Shown here piece after piece: positions 22,946 through 31,709 of a stretch of DNA of 64,000 nt. The position numbers and the translations under genes are program-made. Origin of the DNA: Vulcanimicrobiota bacterium (GTDB taxonomy: Bacteria; Vulcanimicrobiota; Vulcanimicrobiia; Vulcanimicrobiales; Vulcanimicrobiaceae); contig CAVTCS010000003.1 of assembly GCA_963733295.1 (NCBI GenBank), positions 448,001-512,000 on the forward strand. Direction: 5' to 3'. The notes beneath the pieces were generated by a model, which was not told the DNA's origin, ran no database searches, and saw only the letters and a list, made by a program, of their open reading frames with translations. Position 1 is the first letter of the stretch. The number at the start of each line of letters is the position of its first letter.

Positions 22946-23712
22946 TGTCGTTCTTCCGCTTGACCGGGGTGCGCAAAGATTTCGGCGGCCTCGTCGCCGT
23001 CAACGACTTGTCGTTCGACATCGAGGCCGGGACGATCGTTGCGATGATCGGACCGAACGGGGCCGGCAAATCGACGGTCTTCAATTTGATCACCGGCATC
23101 TATGTCCCGACGCACGGCACGATCGACCTGGAAGACCGTTCCCTGGTTGGGCTCAAGACGTACGAGATCGCGGCGCTCGGGATAGCCCGGACCTTTCAGA
23201 ACATCCGCCTTTTCGCGTTCATGTCGGCACTCGACAACGTCATGACCGGCGAACACGCGCGGATGCATGCCAATCTGCTCGGCTCGCTGCTCCACGTGCC
23301 CTCGGAGCGGCGCGAAGAGCGCGTCGTGCGCGAGCGCGCGCGAGAACTCCTGCGCTTCGTCGATCTGGAGCAACACGCGGGCGGGTACGCGCGGAACCTG
23401 CCGTACGGCTTCCAGCGCCGGCTGGAGATCGCGCGGGCGCTCGCGAGCGATCCCAAGCTCTTGCTCCTCGACGAGCCGGCTGCGGGGATGAATCCGCGCG
23501 AGAAGGACGATCTGATCGGTCTGATCGGACGCATCCGCGAGCGCGGCGTTACCGTCTTTCTCATCGAACACGACATGCATCTGGTGATGAACGTGAGCGA
23601 ACGGGTCACGGTGCTCGACCACGGCGAGAAAATCGCCGAGGGGACCCCCGCGGAGGTTCGCAGCGACCCGCGCGTCATCGAAGCATATCTTGGCAGCGGG
23701 GCAACGCACTGA
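22945..23712 (+). CDS. livG: ABC ATP-binding protein LivG
   Basis: [40 protein letters not shown] and VIEAYLG. Confidence 0.92.
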   Translation: MSFFRLTGVRKDFGGLVAVNDLSFDIEAGTIVAMIGPNGAGKSTVFNLITGIYVPTHGTIDLEDRSLVGLKTYEIAALGIARTFQNIRLFAFMSALDNVMTGEHARMHANLLGSLLHVPSERREERVVRERARELLRFVDLEQHAGGYARNLPYGFQRRLEIARALASDPKLLLLDEPAAGMNPREKDDLIGLIGRIRERGVTVFLIEHDMHLVMNVSERVTVLDHGEKIAEGTPAEVRSDPRVIEAYLGSGATH

Positions 23713-23714
23713 GC

Positions 23715-24431
23715 ATGGCGCTGCTCGAAGTCGAAGGTCTCGCAGCCCACTACGGCCGCATCCAAGCGCTTTCCGGGGTGAGCCTGCGTGTCGAAGAGGG
23801 AGAAATCGTCACGCTGATCGGCGCGAACGGCGCGGGCAAGACGACGACGCTGCGCGCGATCAGCGGACTCATTCGTCCGAGCAGCGGAACGATTCGTTTC
23901 GCCGGTCAGGAGATTACGCGCACGACCCCCGATCTCATCGTGCGGGCGGGGTTGGTGCAGTCGCCCGAAGGCCGCCGCGTCTTCGCGCGCATGACCGTGC
24001 GCGAGAATCTCGAGTTGGGCGCCTACACCCGCGGCGTGCCGGCGGAAGTCGCGAGCGACCTGCAGCGCGTGATCGCGATCTTTCCGCGTCTCGAGGAACG
24101 CTTCGCGCAGAAAGCCGGGACGCTTTCGGGCGGCGAGCAACAGATGCTCGCCATCGGCCGCGCCCTGATGTCGCGCCCGCGTCTTTTGATGCTCGACGAG
24201 CCGTCGCTCGGGCTGTCGCCGATCCTCGTCGAAACGATCTTCGGCGTGATCCGGGAGATCAATCAACAGGGAACGACGGTCCTTCTCATCGAGCAGAACG
24301 CACGTCAGGCGCTCGCGATCGCCTCGCGCGGCTACGTGCTTGAAGTCGGCAAGATCGTCTTCGCAGAAACTGCCGCGAACCTGATGGCCAGCGAAGCGGT
24401 GCGCGCGGCGTACCTCGGCGGCGCGGCCTAG
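23715..24431 (+). CDS. livF: ABC ATP-binding protein LivF
   Basis: ATG at 23715 (MALLEVEGL); GANGAGKTT, SPEGRRVF, LSGGEQQMLAIGRALM and AYLGG. Confidence 0.92.
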   Translation: MALLEVEGLAAHYGRIQALSGVSLRVEEGEIVTLIGANGAGKTTTLRAISGLIRPSSGTIRFAGQEITRTTPDLIVRAGLVQSPEGRRVFARMTVRENLELGAYTRGVPAEVASDLQRVIAIFPRLEERFAQKAGTLSGGEQQMLAIGRALMSRPRLLMLDEPSLGLSPILVETIFGVIREINQQGTTVLLIEQNARQALAIASRGYVLEVGKIVFAETAANLMASEAVRAAYLGGAA

Positions 24432-24453
24432 AAGCGCGTATACTTCGCGTATC

Positions 24454-25236
24454 GTGCGAGTTTGGGCGGTTCTGTTCAGCCTGCTGCTGGCGTTGTCGTC
24501 ATCGCCGGCGCGGCTCTGCGCGGCCGGCACCGCATCAGGCGAAACGATCAGTATCCCTGCGACACCCGCTACGCCGAAGCTTCCCGCGTACGTTGCCCGG
24601 CCGTCGAGTTCTTCGCGCGCGCCCGGAGTCGTCGTGCTTCACGGCTGCGGCGGGTACACCAAGCGCTACGCGGCGATCGCGGATTGGCTGGCGAGCCACG
24701 GATACGTCGCCGTTGCGATCGATTCGCTTTCTCCTCGCGGCGAGAAGAACTCGTGCGACGATCCTAGCGGCTCGCGAAATGAAGCACAAGACGCGCGCGC
24801 GACGCTCGCCTGGCTGCGCTCGCTGCCCTACGTCGACGGTTCGCGCTTAGCGCTGCTGGGGTACTCGATGGGAGCCGTTGCGGCACTCGATATCGTCGTG
24901 CCGCGGGACGAAGCGACGCTACCGGACGGACTTCGAGCTGCGGTCGCCTACTATCCATCCTGCCGGAACCGTTCGGCGGCGAGCGTCAAGTTGCCGTTGC
25001 GAATCCTCGACGGCGAGGCCGACGATTGGACGCCCGCCGCGCCGTGCCAAGTTCTCGCGAGGGACGCCGATCAAATAGGAAAACCGGTCGTCATCACGAC
25101 CTACCCGGGCGCGACGCACGCCTTCGACGTCAACGCACCCGACCGCGTCAGCTACGGCTATCATCTCCGCTACGATGCATCCGCCGGCGCCGACGCCGCA
25201 ACGCAAACGCTGGATTTCTTGAGACGGCATCTCTAA
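24454..25236 (+). CDS. Secreted dienelactone hydrolase-family alpha/beta hydrolase
   Basis: Signal-like N-terminus; HGCGG, GYSMG nucleophile elbow, ADDWT and ATHAF. Confidence 0.83.
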   Translation: MRVWAVLFSLLLALSSSPARLCAAGTASGETISIPATPATPKLPAYVARPSSSSRAPGVVVLHGCGGYTKRYAAIADWLASHGYVAVAIDSLSPRGEKNSCDDPSGSRNEAQDARATLAWLRSLPYVDGSRLALLGYSMGAVAALDIVVPRDEATLPDGLRAAVAYYPSCRNRSAASVKLPLRILDGEADDWTPAAPCQVLARDADQIGKPVVITTYPGATHAFDVNAPDRVSYGYHLRYDASAGADAATQTLDFLRRHL

Positions 25237-25267
25237 GCGGTCGTTATGCGACGCCGGCTGCGTGCCG

Positions 25268-27805
25268 TTACGAGGGCACGTTCGCGATGAGCGTGTCCGG
25301 CAACGATTCGATCGTGGCCGCGTCGATCAATCGCAACGTGTAGTGCGCGAGGCGCGGTACGTAGACGCACGCGACGCCTTTGTCCGTCGGCGGACAACCG
25401 AGACCGGGAGCGACGTACGTGCCTGATGCGCCCTTCACGGCATCGATCGCGGAGAGATCGGTGCCGTAGAGCCGGCACATCGCGGCAGTGCCGGCCGGGC
25501 ACCCGATCTCCGTCACATTCGGAGCCCGTACGAACGTGCCCGGCAAGGCCGCCCAGTTTCCCCCGGCGCCGGTCGCGGCATCGACGAGCTGCATCTCGAG
25601 AATCCCGAAGGCCCGATCGTGCAAGACGTCGGCGCGAAAATCTACGGCAAGCGTGCTCGCCGAACGCACGTGGACGTTCGCATCGGCAATCGCAACTGCC
25701 GTTTCATCGGGGAGGGATGCGGTGCACGGAGTGGCCCGTGCTTCACCGGCTTGCCGCACGCGAACCGCGACTTGGCGCGGTAGCGCGGCGTCGGCGCTCG
25801 CCAACGTGACGATGAGCGGCGTCGTCGAGAGATAGGGCGTCGACGACGGCTCGGCGATCAGCGCCGACGCGAGCTTCGGCCGCGGCGGTTCGACCGTCAA
25901 TTCGAACACTTGCCCGGAGACGTTTCCGTCGCCCAAGAGCTGGGCCGTCACGTTCTGGCCGATGACGAGCCCCGAGCGCCCGAACGGCGGCCCGTCGAAG
26001 CACGCAGAGGTTGCCGTTGCGTTCGTCTCCTTGGTGTAGGTGACCCCATTGGCGAAGAGGCTATGAACGTACTCAAAACCCGAGCCGGCGAGGCGGATAA
26101 ACGTGTCACCGAGTGCGGCGACCGCGGACTTCGCGTCAACTTCCGCCGGATGCGGTTGGACCGCCAGCGCAGCGGCGGTCTCGAAGGCGCGCCCAGCGCG
26201 CGGATCGTCTTCGTAGAACCGGATCTGCGCCGGACCCGGAGGCACGTTAGCCAGTGAAGCGCGCAACTCAACGCGCCGCGCGTCGAGTTGCGTTGCGGTC
26301 AGCGGAATCGGCGGCGCACTGCCGATTTGCATCTCGGCACGCGAGAGGCAGGCTGCCGAGGCAGATGAAGCGACCACGTCCAGCGTTTCCCCGGCCACCG
26401 GCGGATGGTGCGGAGCCGCGGTCACGCTCCACGGTCCATCGTTCGGAAACGCTAAACGCATCACCGCGGCTGCCGGTTGCGCGACCGGGTCGAACCCGAA
26501 TCGTCCATTCAACGCAATCGTGTACGCACCGTCGGCGCTCGCGGCGAAGCGAGAGCGATCGACCACCGGCGCAGAGAGGCTCCGTGGGTCGAGCGGGATA
26601 CGATACGGGGCGCGCCCATTAGGTGTGACGCGCAACGCGGCATCGTTCACGTAGCGTGACGTATGGTCGAAATGCAGCGGGATGCTAAAGCGGTCCGAGC
26701 GCTCGCAGACGCCATTTGCCGCGGCATCGTTGACGACCACGGGCGCTCGTTCGCTCGCCTGCGGATCGCCGATGGTGAAAAAAAGCACGTCCGAATAAGC
26801 GGCGGGGGGCCGGATCGTCGGGACTTTCAGACCCATGAGCAGTTCGTCGTTGCGCGTCGCCGACGGGTCGACCAATGTGAGGGTTGTCGGCAAATACTCG
26901 TATTCGAGACGTCCGGTTTGAACGAAGAGATGCCACACCGTCAATAAGGACGCAAGGTACGGCGCATAGGTCAGCGGGCTCGCAGCCCCGGCGACGCCGC
27001 CGAGGAACTGCGCCTCCGTAGGCGCGGCGAAGTTCGTTTGATAGACGGTGGCGTTCAGGGCCTGCTGGACGCAATTGCTGACCTCTGCGGACGGTTCTCC
27101 GGCGACGTAGCACGCATCGATCGTCGCCGGGCTCACGCCGAGACTCTGGGCGACCGACTCGATGCGATACTGCGCGCTCACCGGATCGATCGATCCGCTG
27201 CCGAGCGAGGAGAGGAAGTCGTTCAAGAAACTGTACCGGTCGACTGCGGCATTCGTGCCCTGCGCCATGTCTACGAAATCGGTTGGATGCGCCCCGACGT
27301 AGTCGCGCACGCCGTCGACGCCGCGCGTCTTTGCGTCCTCCGGAATGATGAAGAAGATCGGTATTCCGCGGTCGCTGCCGGCGCCGTAGACGAAATGGAT
27401 CCGCCCTGACGGGACGGCGGGCGCGTTCTTGCGCGGCCGGCGGTTGGAAAAGAGTTGGTCGGCGGAACTGCTCCGCTCGAACAGCCAGTGCTGGCGCGCC
27501 GTTTCGGTGATGAAGGCGACGTTGACGTGATAGTTTACCGTGCTTGGCGGGCGCCGATAATCCGGAAAGTCGACGTCGACGACGTCTCCGGGTTTGAGCG
27601 CCGGAACAAGGGCGGCCGGCAACGTGATGCTCGTTTTCCCGATCGAGCGCGTTACCGTAGCATCGATGTGCGATCCCGCTTGCGGACCGGCACTCGCGGT
27701 GACGACAAACGGTGCATTCCCGCTTCCCACGGCAGCCGACGCGCAAAGCAACGAGGCGAGGGCAAGCGCAACCAGGAAAGCGTAACGCCGGGCGCACAAG
27801 CGCAT
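25268..27805 (-). CDS. Large secreted protein of unknown function (845 aa)
   Basis: The ATG at 27805 gives a signal peptide (MRLCARRYAFLVALALASLLCASAA). The ORF is long and uninterrupted; the upstream part of the tracked ORF is an alternative frame of nagA. Confidence 0.75.
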   Translation of the reverse strand: MRLCARRYAFLVALALASLLCASAAVGSGNAPFVVTASAGPQAGSHIDATVTRSIGKTSITLPAALVPALKPGDVVDVDFPDYRRPPSTVNYHVNVAFITETARQHWLFERSSSADQLFSNRRPRKNAPAVPSGRIHFVYGAGSDRGIPIFFIIPEDAKTRGVDGVRDYVGAHPTDFVDMAQGTNAAVDRYSFLNDFLSSLGSGSIDPVSAQYRIESVAQSLGVSPATIDACYVAGEPSAEVSNCVQQALNATVYQTNFAAPTEAQFLGGVAGAASPLTYAPYLASLLTVWHLFVQTGRLEYEYLPTTLTLVDPSATRNDELLMGLKVPTIRPPAAYSDVLFFTIGDPQASERAPVVVNDAAANGVCERSDRFSIPLHFDHTSRYVNDAALRVTPNGRAPYRIPLDPRSLSAPVVDRSRFAASADGAYTIALNGRFGFDPVAQPAAAVMRLAFPNDGPWSVTAAPHHPPVAGETLDVVASSASAACLSRAEMQIGSAPPIPLTATQLDARRVELRASLANVPPGPAQIRFYEDDPRAGRAFETAAALAVQPHPAEVDAKSAVAALGDTFIRLAGSGFEYVHSLFANGVTYTKETNATATSACFDGPPFGRSGLVIGQNVTAQLLGDGNVSGQVFELTVEPPRPKLASALIAEPSSTPYLSTTPLIVTLASADAALPRQVAVRVRQAGEARATPCTASLPDETAVAIADANVHVRSASTLAVDFRADVLHDRAFGILEMQLVDAATGAGGNWAALPGTFVRAPNVTEIGCPAGTAAMCRLYGTDLSAIDAVKGASGTYVAPGLGCPPTDKGVACVYVPRLAHYTLRLIDAATIESLPDTLIANVPS

Positions 27806-27822
27806 AGAGAGAAGGGCGAAGT

Positions 27823-28992
27823 TCAGCCGACGGTCGTGGCGCGGTTCGCGCTGAGATGTTGAGCGCCAAAAACCGGCTCGCCGCGGACGATCGTCGCCAA
27901 GATTTCGTACTGTTCGTTCCAGATCGAGAGATCGGCGCGCTTTCCGGGCGCGATCGTCCCGGCCTCGCGTTCGATGCCGAGCAATCCGGCCGGCGACGCG
28001 GTCGCGCTGATGATGGCCTGTTCGAACGGAATCGAGGCGTAAGCCATCAGGTTTCGCACCGCCCGGTCGGCATGCAGCGCACTGCCCGCGATCGTTCCGT
28101 CTTCGGCCCTTACGACGCCGCCTTCGATCCGGTAACCACTTCCGGCGGGAGCCATGTAGTCGGACGCGAGCACGAGACGTTCGCGCAAGGTGCGATACAA
28201 AATGTCGATCATGACCGGAGCGACGTGATAACCGTCGCAGATGACTTGGACCGTCGTGCGCGGCTCCTGGATGAAGGCCGCCAAGATCGAAGGCTCGCGG
28301 TGATCGAGCGGCGGCATCGCGTTGAAGGCGTGCGTCAGCGTACGGAAACCGAGCCCGATCGCGAGAATCCCGTCGCGGTATTTCGCGGAGGTGTGTCCCG
28401 CCGAGCATACGATTCCCTGATCGCGGAAGAAACGCGTGGCCTCGTCGACGCCTTCGACCTCGGGCGCCATCGTCACCAGCACGAGCGCTCCGCGGCACGA
28501 GTCGATCATCGCCTTCGAGCGTTCCGGATTTGCCGAGATCAACCAGTCGTGACGGTGAACGCGACGGAACTTCGGGTTAAGGAACGGTCCCTCGAAATGC
28601 AGTCCGAGACAGCGTGCGCCCGTAATCTGAGGGTGTTCGAGCAGCGCGTGCGCTGCTTCGGCGACTTCCTCGGCGGCGTGCAGCATCGACTCCCAAGGAG
28701 CCGTCATGATCGTTGCGACGAAGCCGGTGACTCCTTGCGAGGCATATGCGTGCGAGGCAACGTCGACGGCGTTACCTTGGTCGCGATTGAACAAAACGTC
28801 GTCGGCGCCATTTGAATGGACGTCGATCATGCCCGGCGCGATCGTCGTATGAGCCGGCAAGCTGAAATCGCTGGGACCTTCTCCGCCGAGAATGTCGGCG
28901 ACGCGGCCGTTCTCGATGACGATGCGGCCGTACTGGAGCGCTCCGGTGCCTAGCGCGAGACGTGCCGGGCCGAGCGTAAAGGAACGTAACAC
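27823..28992 (-). CDS. nagA: N-acetylglucosamine-6-phosphate deacetylase
   Basis: PGMIDVHSNG, HFEGPFLN, TMAPE, AGHT, THAFNAM, ICDGYHV and GTIAGS. Confidence 0.9.
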   Translation of the reverse strand: MLRSFTLGPARLALGTGALQYGRIVIENGRVADILGGEGPSDFSLPAHTTIAPGMIDVHSNGADDVLFNRDQGNAVDVASHAYASQGVTGFVATIMTAPWESMLHAAEEVAEAAHALLEHPQITGARCLGLHFEGPFLNPKFRRVHRHDWLISANPERSKAMIDSCRGALVLVTMAPEVEGVDEATRFFRDQGIVCSAGHTSAKYRDGILAIGLGFRTLTHAFNAMPPLDHREPSILAAFIQEPRTTVQVICDGYHVAPVMIDILYRTLRERLVLASDYMAPAGSGYRIEGGVVRAEDGTIAGSALHADRAVRNLMAYASIPFEQAIISATASPAGLLGIEREAGTIAPGKRADLSIWNEQYEILATIVRGEPVFGAQHLSANRATTVG

Positions 28993-29032
28993 CTGTCGGT
29001 GGTTCGGGACGCCGCTTCGGTGGCCCTAGTGT

Positions 29033-31705
29033 TCAGCCGCGTCCCAGGAGCCGGTCGAGAGCCCGTCGCAAATTCGGTCGCGAGCTGACATCGCCGGACA
29101 CTTGTGACGTCACATTTTTCGCGTCGCCGCGCCGTGCGCGTTCGGACAGTCGCTGCATGTGCGCTTCGGCGTGAGCCTCGAGCGTTTGGCGCAAAGCGCC
29201 GAGTTCGTTCCAGGCTGCCGCCGCGCGCCCCGTCTGCGCGGCTTCGAAAAAGTCCAGCGCCGAGATCGTAAAGATGCGGGACGTCGCGATGCCGCGTTCG
29301 CGCAAGTAACGCGCGGCCAGCTCGACGACGGTGCGGCGCTCCGCGGGAGTCTCGTTGTCGGCGATCGTATGCGCGAGCAGCATCGGTTTGCGGAGTTCCG
29401 CGACTCGCGCGTAGAGGTTGAGCTCGTTCTCGGAGAGTTGGCGCGAGAAGAGTCCGACCACTTCGCTCGCCGCCGCCGCAGCCGCAAGCGCAACCTCTTC
29501 GGCGTTCGGATCGCCCGAATCGAAGGCAGGCGCGTGCACGATCACGAGCTGGCGCGGAAGGTTCCAAGGGACTTCGATGAGCACCGGCGAGAGCGCAGCT
29601 TGCGCCACCGCCGCGCCCGCATCGATCTCGTTCCACTTTCCTGCGTCGTCGAGCGAATAGGCGCGGTTACGATCGCCATAGCGCACGTGGATCGGGAAGC
29701 GCGCTTCGCTTCCGACCGAATCGTCCAGCAATCGCGTCCCCGCGATCGCATTGATCAAGCTCGACTTGCCGCGCCGCAGCGCGCCCAAAATGACGACACG
29801 GTATCGCTCCGGCCGCAAGCCTCGATCGTACGCTTCCGGAACGAAAGCCGCCGTCTCGAGATCGTCGTCCGCGAAGAGCGCGACGCTCGGGGCCGCCTTC
29901 CGCTCCGGAAGGAGCGCACGCCGCCGATCGTCGATGGCCGAGAGTTTCGCAAGCGCGGCTTTGAGATTCGCGAGGACAGCGCTCCGGGCTGCGGAGTCGC
30001 CCGAGAGTGCGAGCGCGCGATCGATCGGGCCGAGCGTTTCGGCGCGCAAGGTTGCGCGGTCCGCCTCGAGCGTCGTGGAGAGATCGGCATAGGCCGCGCC
30101 GATCTTTCCGGCGATTTCGTCGAAGAGCGCTGCGAGTTCACGTTCGAGGTTAGGCAAGAACCTCTCGACGAGATCGGCTCCGAGTTCGCGTTTCATATAC
30201 GTTCCGTGAGGATGGGTTGCGAACGCAGTCGCCACTTCGTGCACGAACGAGACGGTCGGCTTGCCGAGCGCCTCGAGGACGATCGTCGACGCGATGCCGT
30301 TCGCGAGGTCGCGCGACCACACCCCGCTGCCGGGTTCGCCGCCCAGACGCAGCGCCACCGCATCGGCGACGCGCAGGCCCGGATGGTCGCGTTCGAGCAA
30401 CTCGAGAGCGCGCGACACGTGACCAGCGACATGTTCGGCAAAACGCTTGAAGCTCGCGCTGACCGTCGCGTCCGCCAAGATGTGAAGTTTCCCGCGATCC
30501 CGGAGCCGTTCGATGTCGGCTACGTCGATTGCGGTGGCAAGAGCGCGTACCAACTCCCCGGCGAGCGTGCGGGCTCGGGCCTCGATCCAGTCCTTACGTT
30601 CCACCCCGGCACGCAGCGTGTCGTCGCGTTGCCGGGCGAGGACGCGCTCGCCTTCGACCAGTGTGTCTTCGGCCCGTACGCGCTCCGCAGCCAGCTCGGC
30701 GTGGTCGCTTGCGAGCAGTACCGCCTCGCGCTGCAAACGGATGGAGGTCCGCTCGCACAGGCCGTTGAGAACGCCGAGCACGCGCAGCACGCGGTCGGCT
30801 TGAGCCCGTTCTTCGAGCGAACGCTCGAGGGCGGCCAGCAAGCCCTCGAAGCCGCTGGCCGCGCGCAGTGCGGCGTCGTCCTCGAGCAATCCCATGGCGT
30901 AGTCGCGCGCGGAGACCGAAAAGACTTCGGCGGTCGGCGCGAAGCGCGCCGCGCGCTCGCGAATCCGGTCGCGCGCGTGTTCCCAAGCGGGCCGTCCGTC
31001 GCTTTCGGGCGCGCGCCACAGGTCGATCTTCGTTTGGATGATGAAGATCGTTCGCACGTGCTCGCCGATCAGCCCGAGAAAGGCCGCGTCGCTTTCGCTG
31101 AACGGCTGCTGCGTATCGATCAAGTACAGGACCGCGTCGGTGCGCGGGAGATAGGCGAGCGTCGCGCGACGGTGCGCCGGATTGAGCGAGGCGAGGCCCG
31201 GCGTGTCGGCGACGACGAAACCACCGGCGAGAAACGGCGAGTCGACGCGTACGATAACGAACGACGGCGCTGCGTCGTCGTCGGCAGTCGCGTCGTGCAG
31301 GGCGCCCGGTGCGTCGAGGCCGACCGCGACGAAGCGTTCGAGGCGGTCGAGTGGGATGCGTTCCTCGCGACCCGACGGGTAACGCGCCGTCGCGGACTCG
31401 ACCAGAGCGTACTCGAGTTCGGTAATCGTCGCGGTCGACGGATTGATGTCGACGGCGAGCAGTCCTCCCACGCGGCCCTGGGCATCGCGCCGCACTTTGC
31501 CGAGCAGCGCGTTCAGAAGATACGATTTCCCGCTCGAGAATTCGCCGGCGACGGCTAGGGTGAAACGCCGTTCGAGACGTTCGCGCTCCGCCTCGATTCG
31601 CTCGAGCTCGGCCTGGCGAGCCGGCCACGGCGCGAGTTCCGCACTCGCAAGCAAATCGCGCAACGCGTCGAGCGCGGCGACGACATCTCTTGGGGCCTCC
31701 GGCAT
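29033..31705 (-). CDS. Bacterial dynamin-like protein with two GTPase-fold domains
   Basis: Domain 1: GEFSSGKS, PSTATIT, DTPG, TKID. A helical middle region follows. Domain 2: GALRRGKSSLINA, HAPA, TIAD. Confidence 0.82.
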   Translation of the reverse strand: MPEAPRDVVAALDALRDLLASAELAPWPARQAELERIEAERERLERRFTLAVAGEFSSGKSYLLNALLGKVRRDAQGRVGGLLAVDINPSTATITELEYALVESATARYPSGREERIPLDRLERFVAVGLDAPGALHDATADDDAAPSFVIVRVDSPFLAGGFVVADTPGLASLNPAHRRATLAYLPRTDAVLYLIDTQQPFSESDAAFLGLIGEHVRTIFIIQTKIDLWRAPESDGRPAWEHARDRIRERAARFAPTAEVFSVSARDYAMGLLEDDAALRAASGFEGLLAALERSLEERAQADRVLRVLGVLNGLCERTSIRLQREAVLLASDHAELAAERVRAEDTLVEGERVLARQRDDTLRAGVERKDWIEARARTLAGELVRALATAIDVADIERLRDRGKLHILADATVSASFKRFAEHVAGHVSRALELLERDHPGLRVADAVALRLGGEPGSGVWSRDLANGIASTIVLEALGKPTVSFVHEVATAFATHPHGTYMKRELGADLVERFLPNLERELAALFDEIAGKIGAAYADLSTTLEADRATLRAETLGPIDRALALSGDSAARSAVLANLKAALAKLSAIDDRRRALLPERKAAPSVALFADDDLETAAFVPEAYDRGLRPERYRVVILGALRRGKSSLINAIAGTRLLDDSVGSEARFPIHVRYGDRNRAYSLDDAGKWNEIDAGAAVAQAALSPVLIEVPWNLPRQLVIVHAPAFDSGDPNAEEVALAAAAAASEVVGLFSRQLSENELNLYARVAELRKPMLLAHTIADNETPAERRTVVELAARYLRERGIATSRIFTISALDFFEAAQTGRAAAAWNELGALRQTLEAHAEAHMQRLSERARRGDAKNVTSQVSGDVSSRPNLRRALDRLLGRG

Positions 31706-31709
31706 CGAC

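Noticed and set aside
27806..28498. N-terminal 231 aa of the tracked 1076-aa ORF
   Set aside because: It overlaps nagA in another frame and is Arg-rich noise. The signal peptide starts at ATG 27805.
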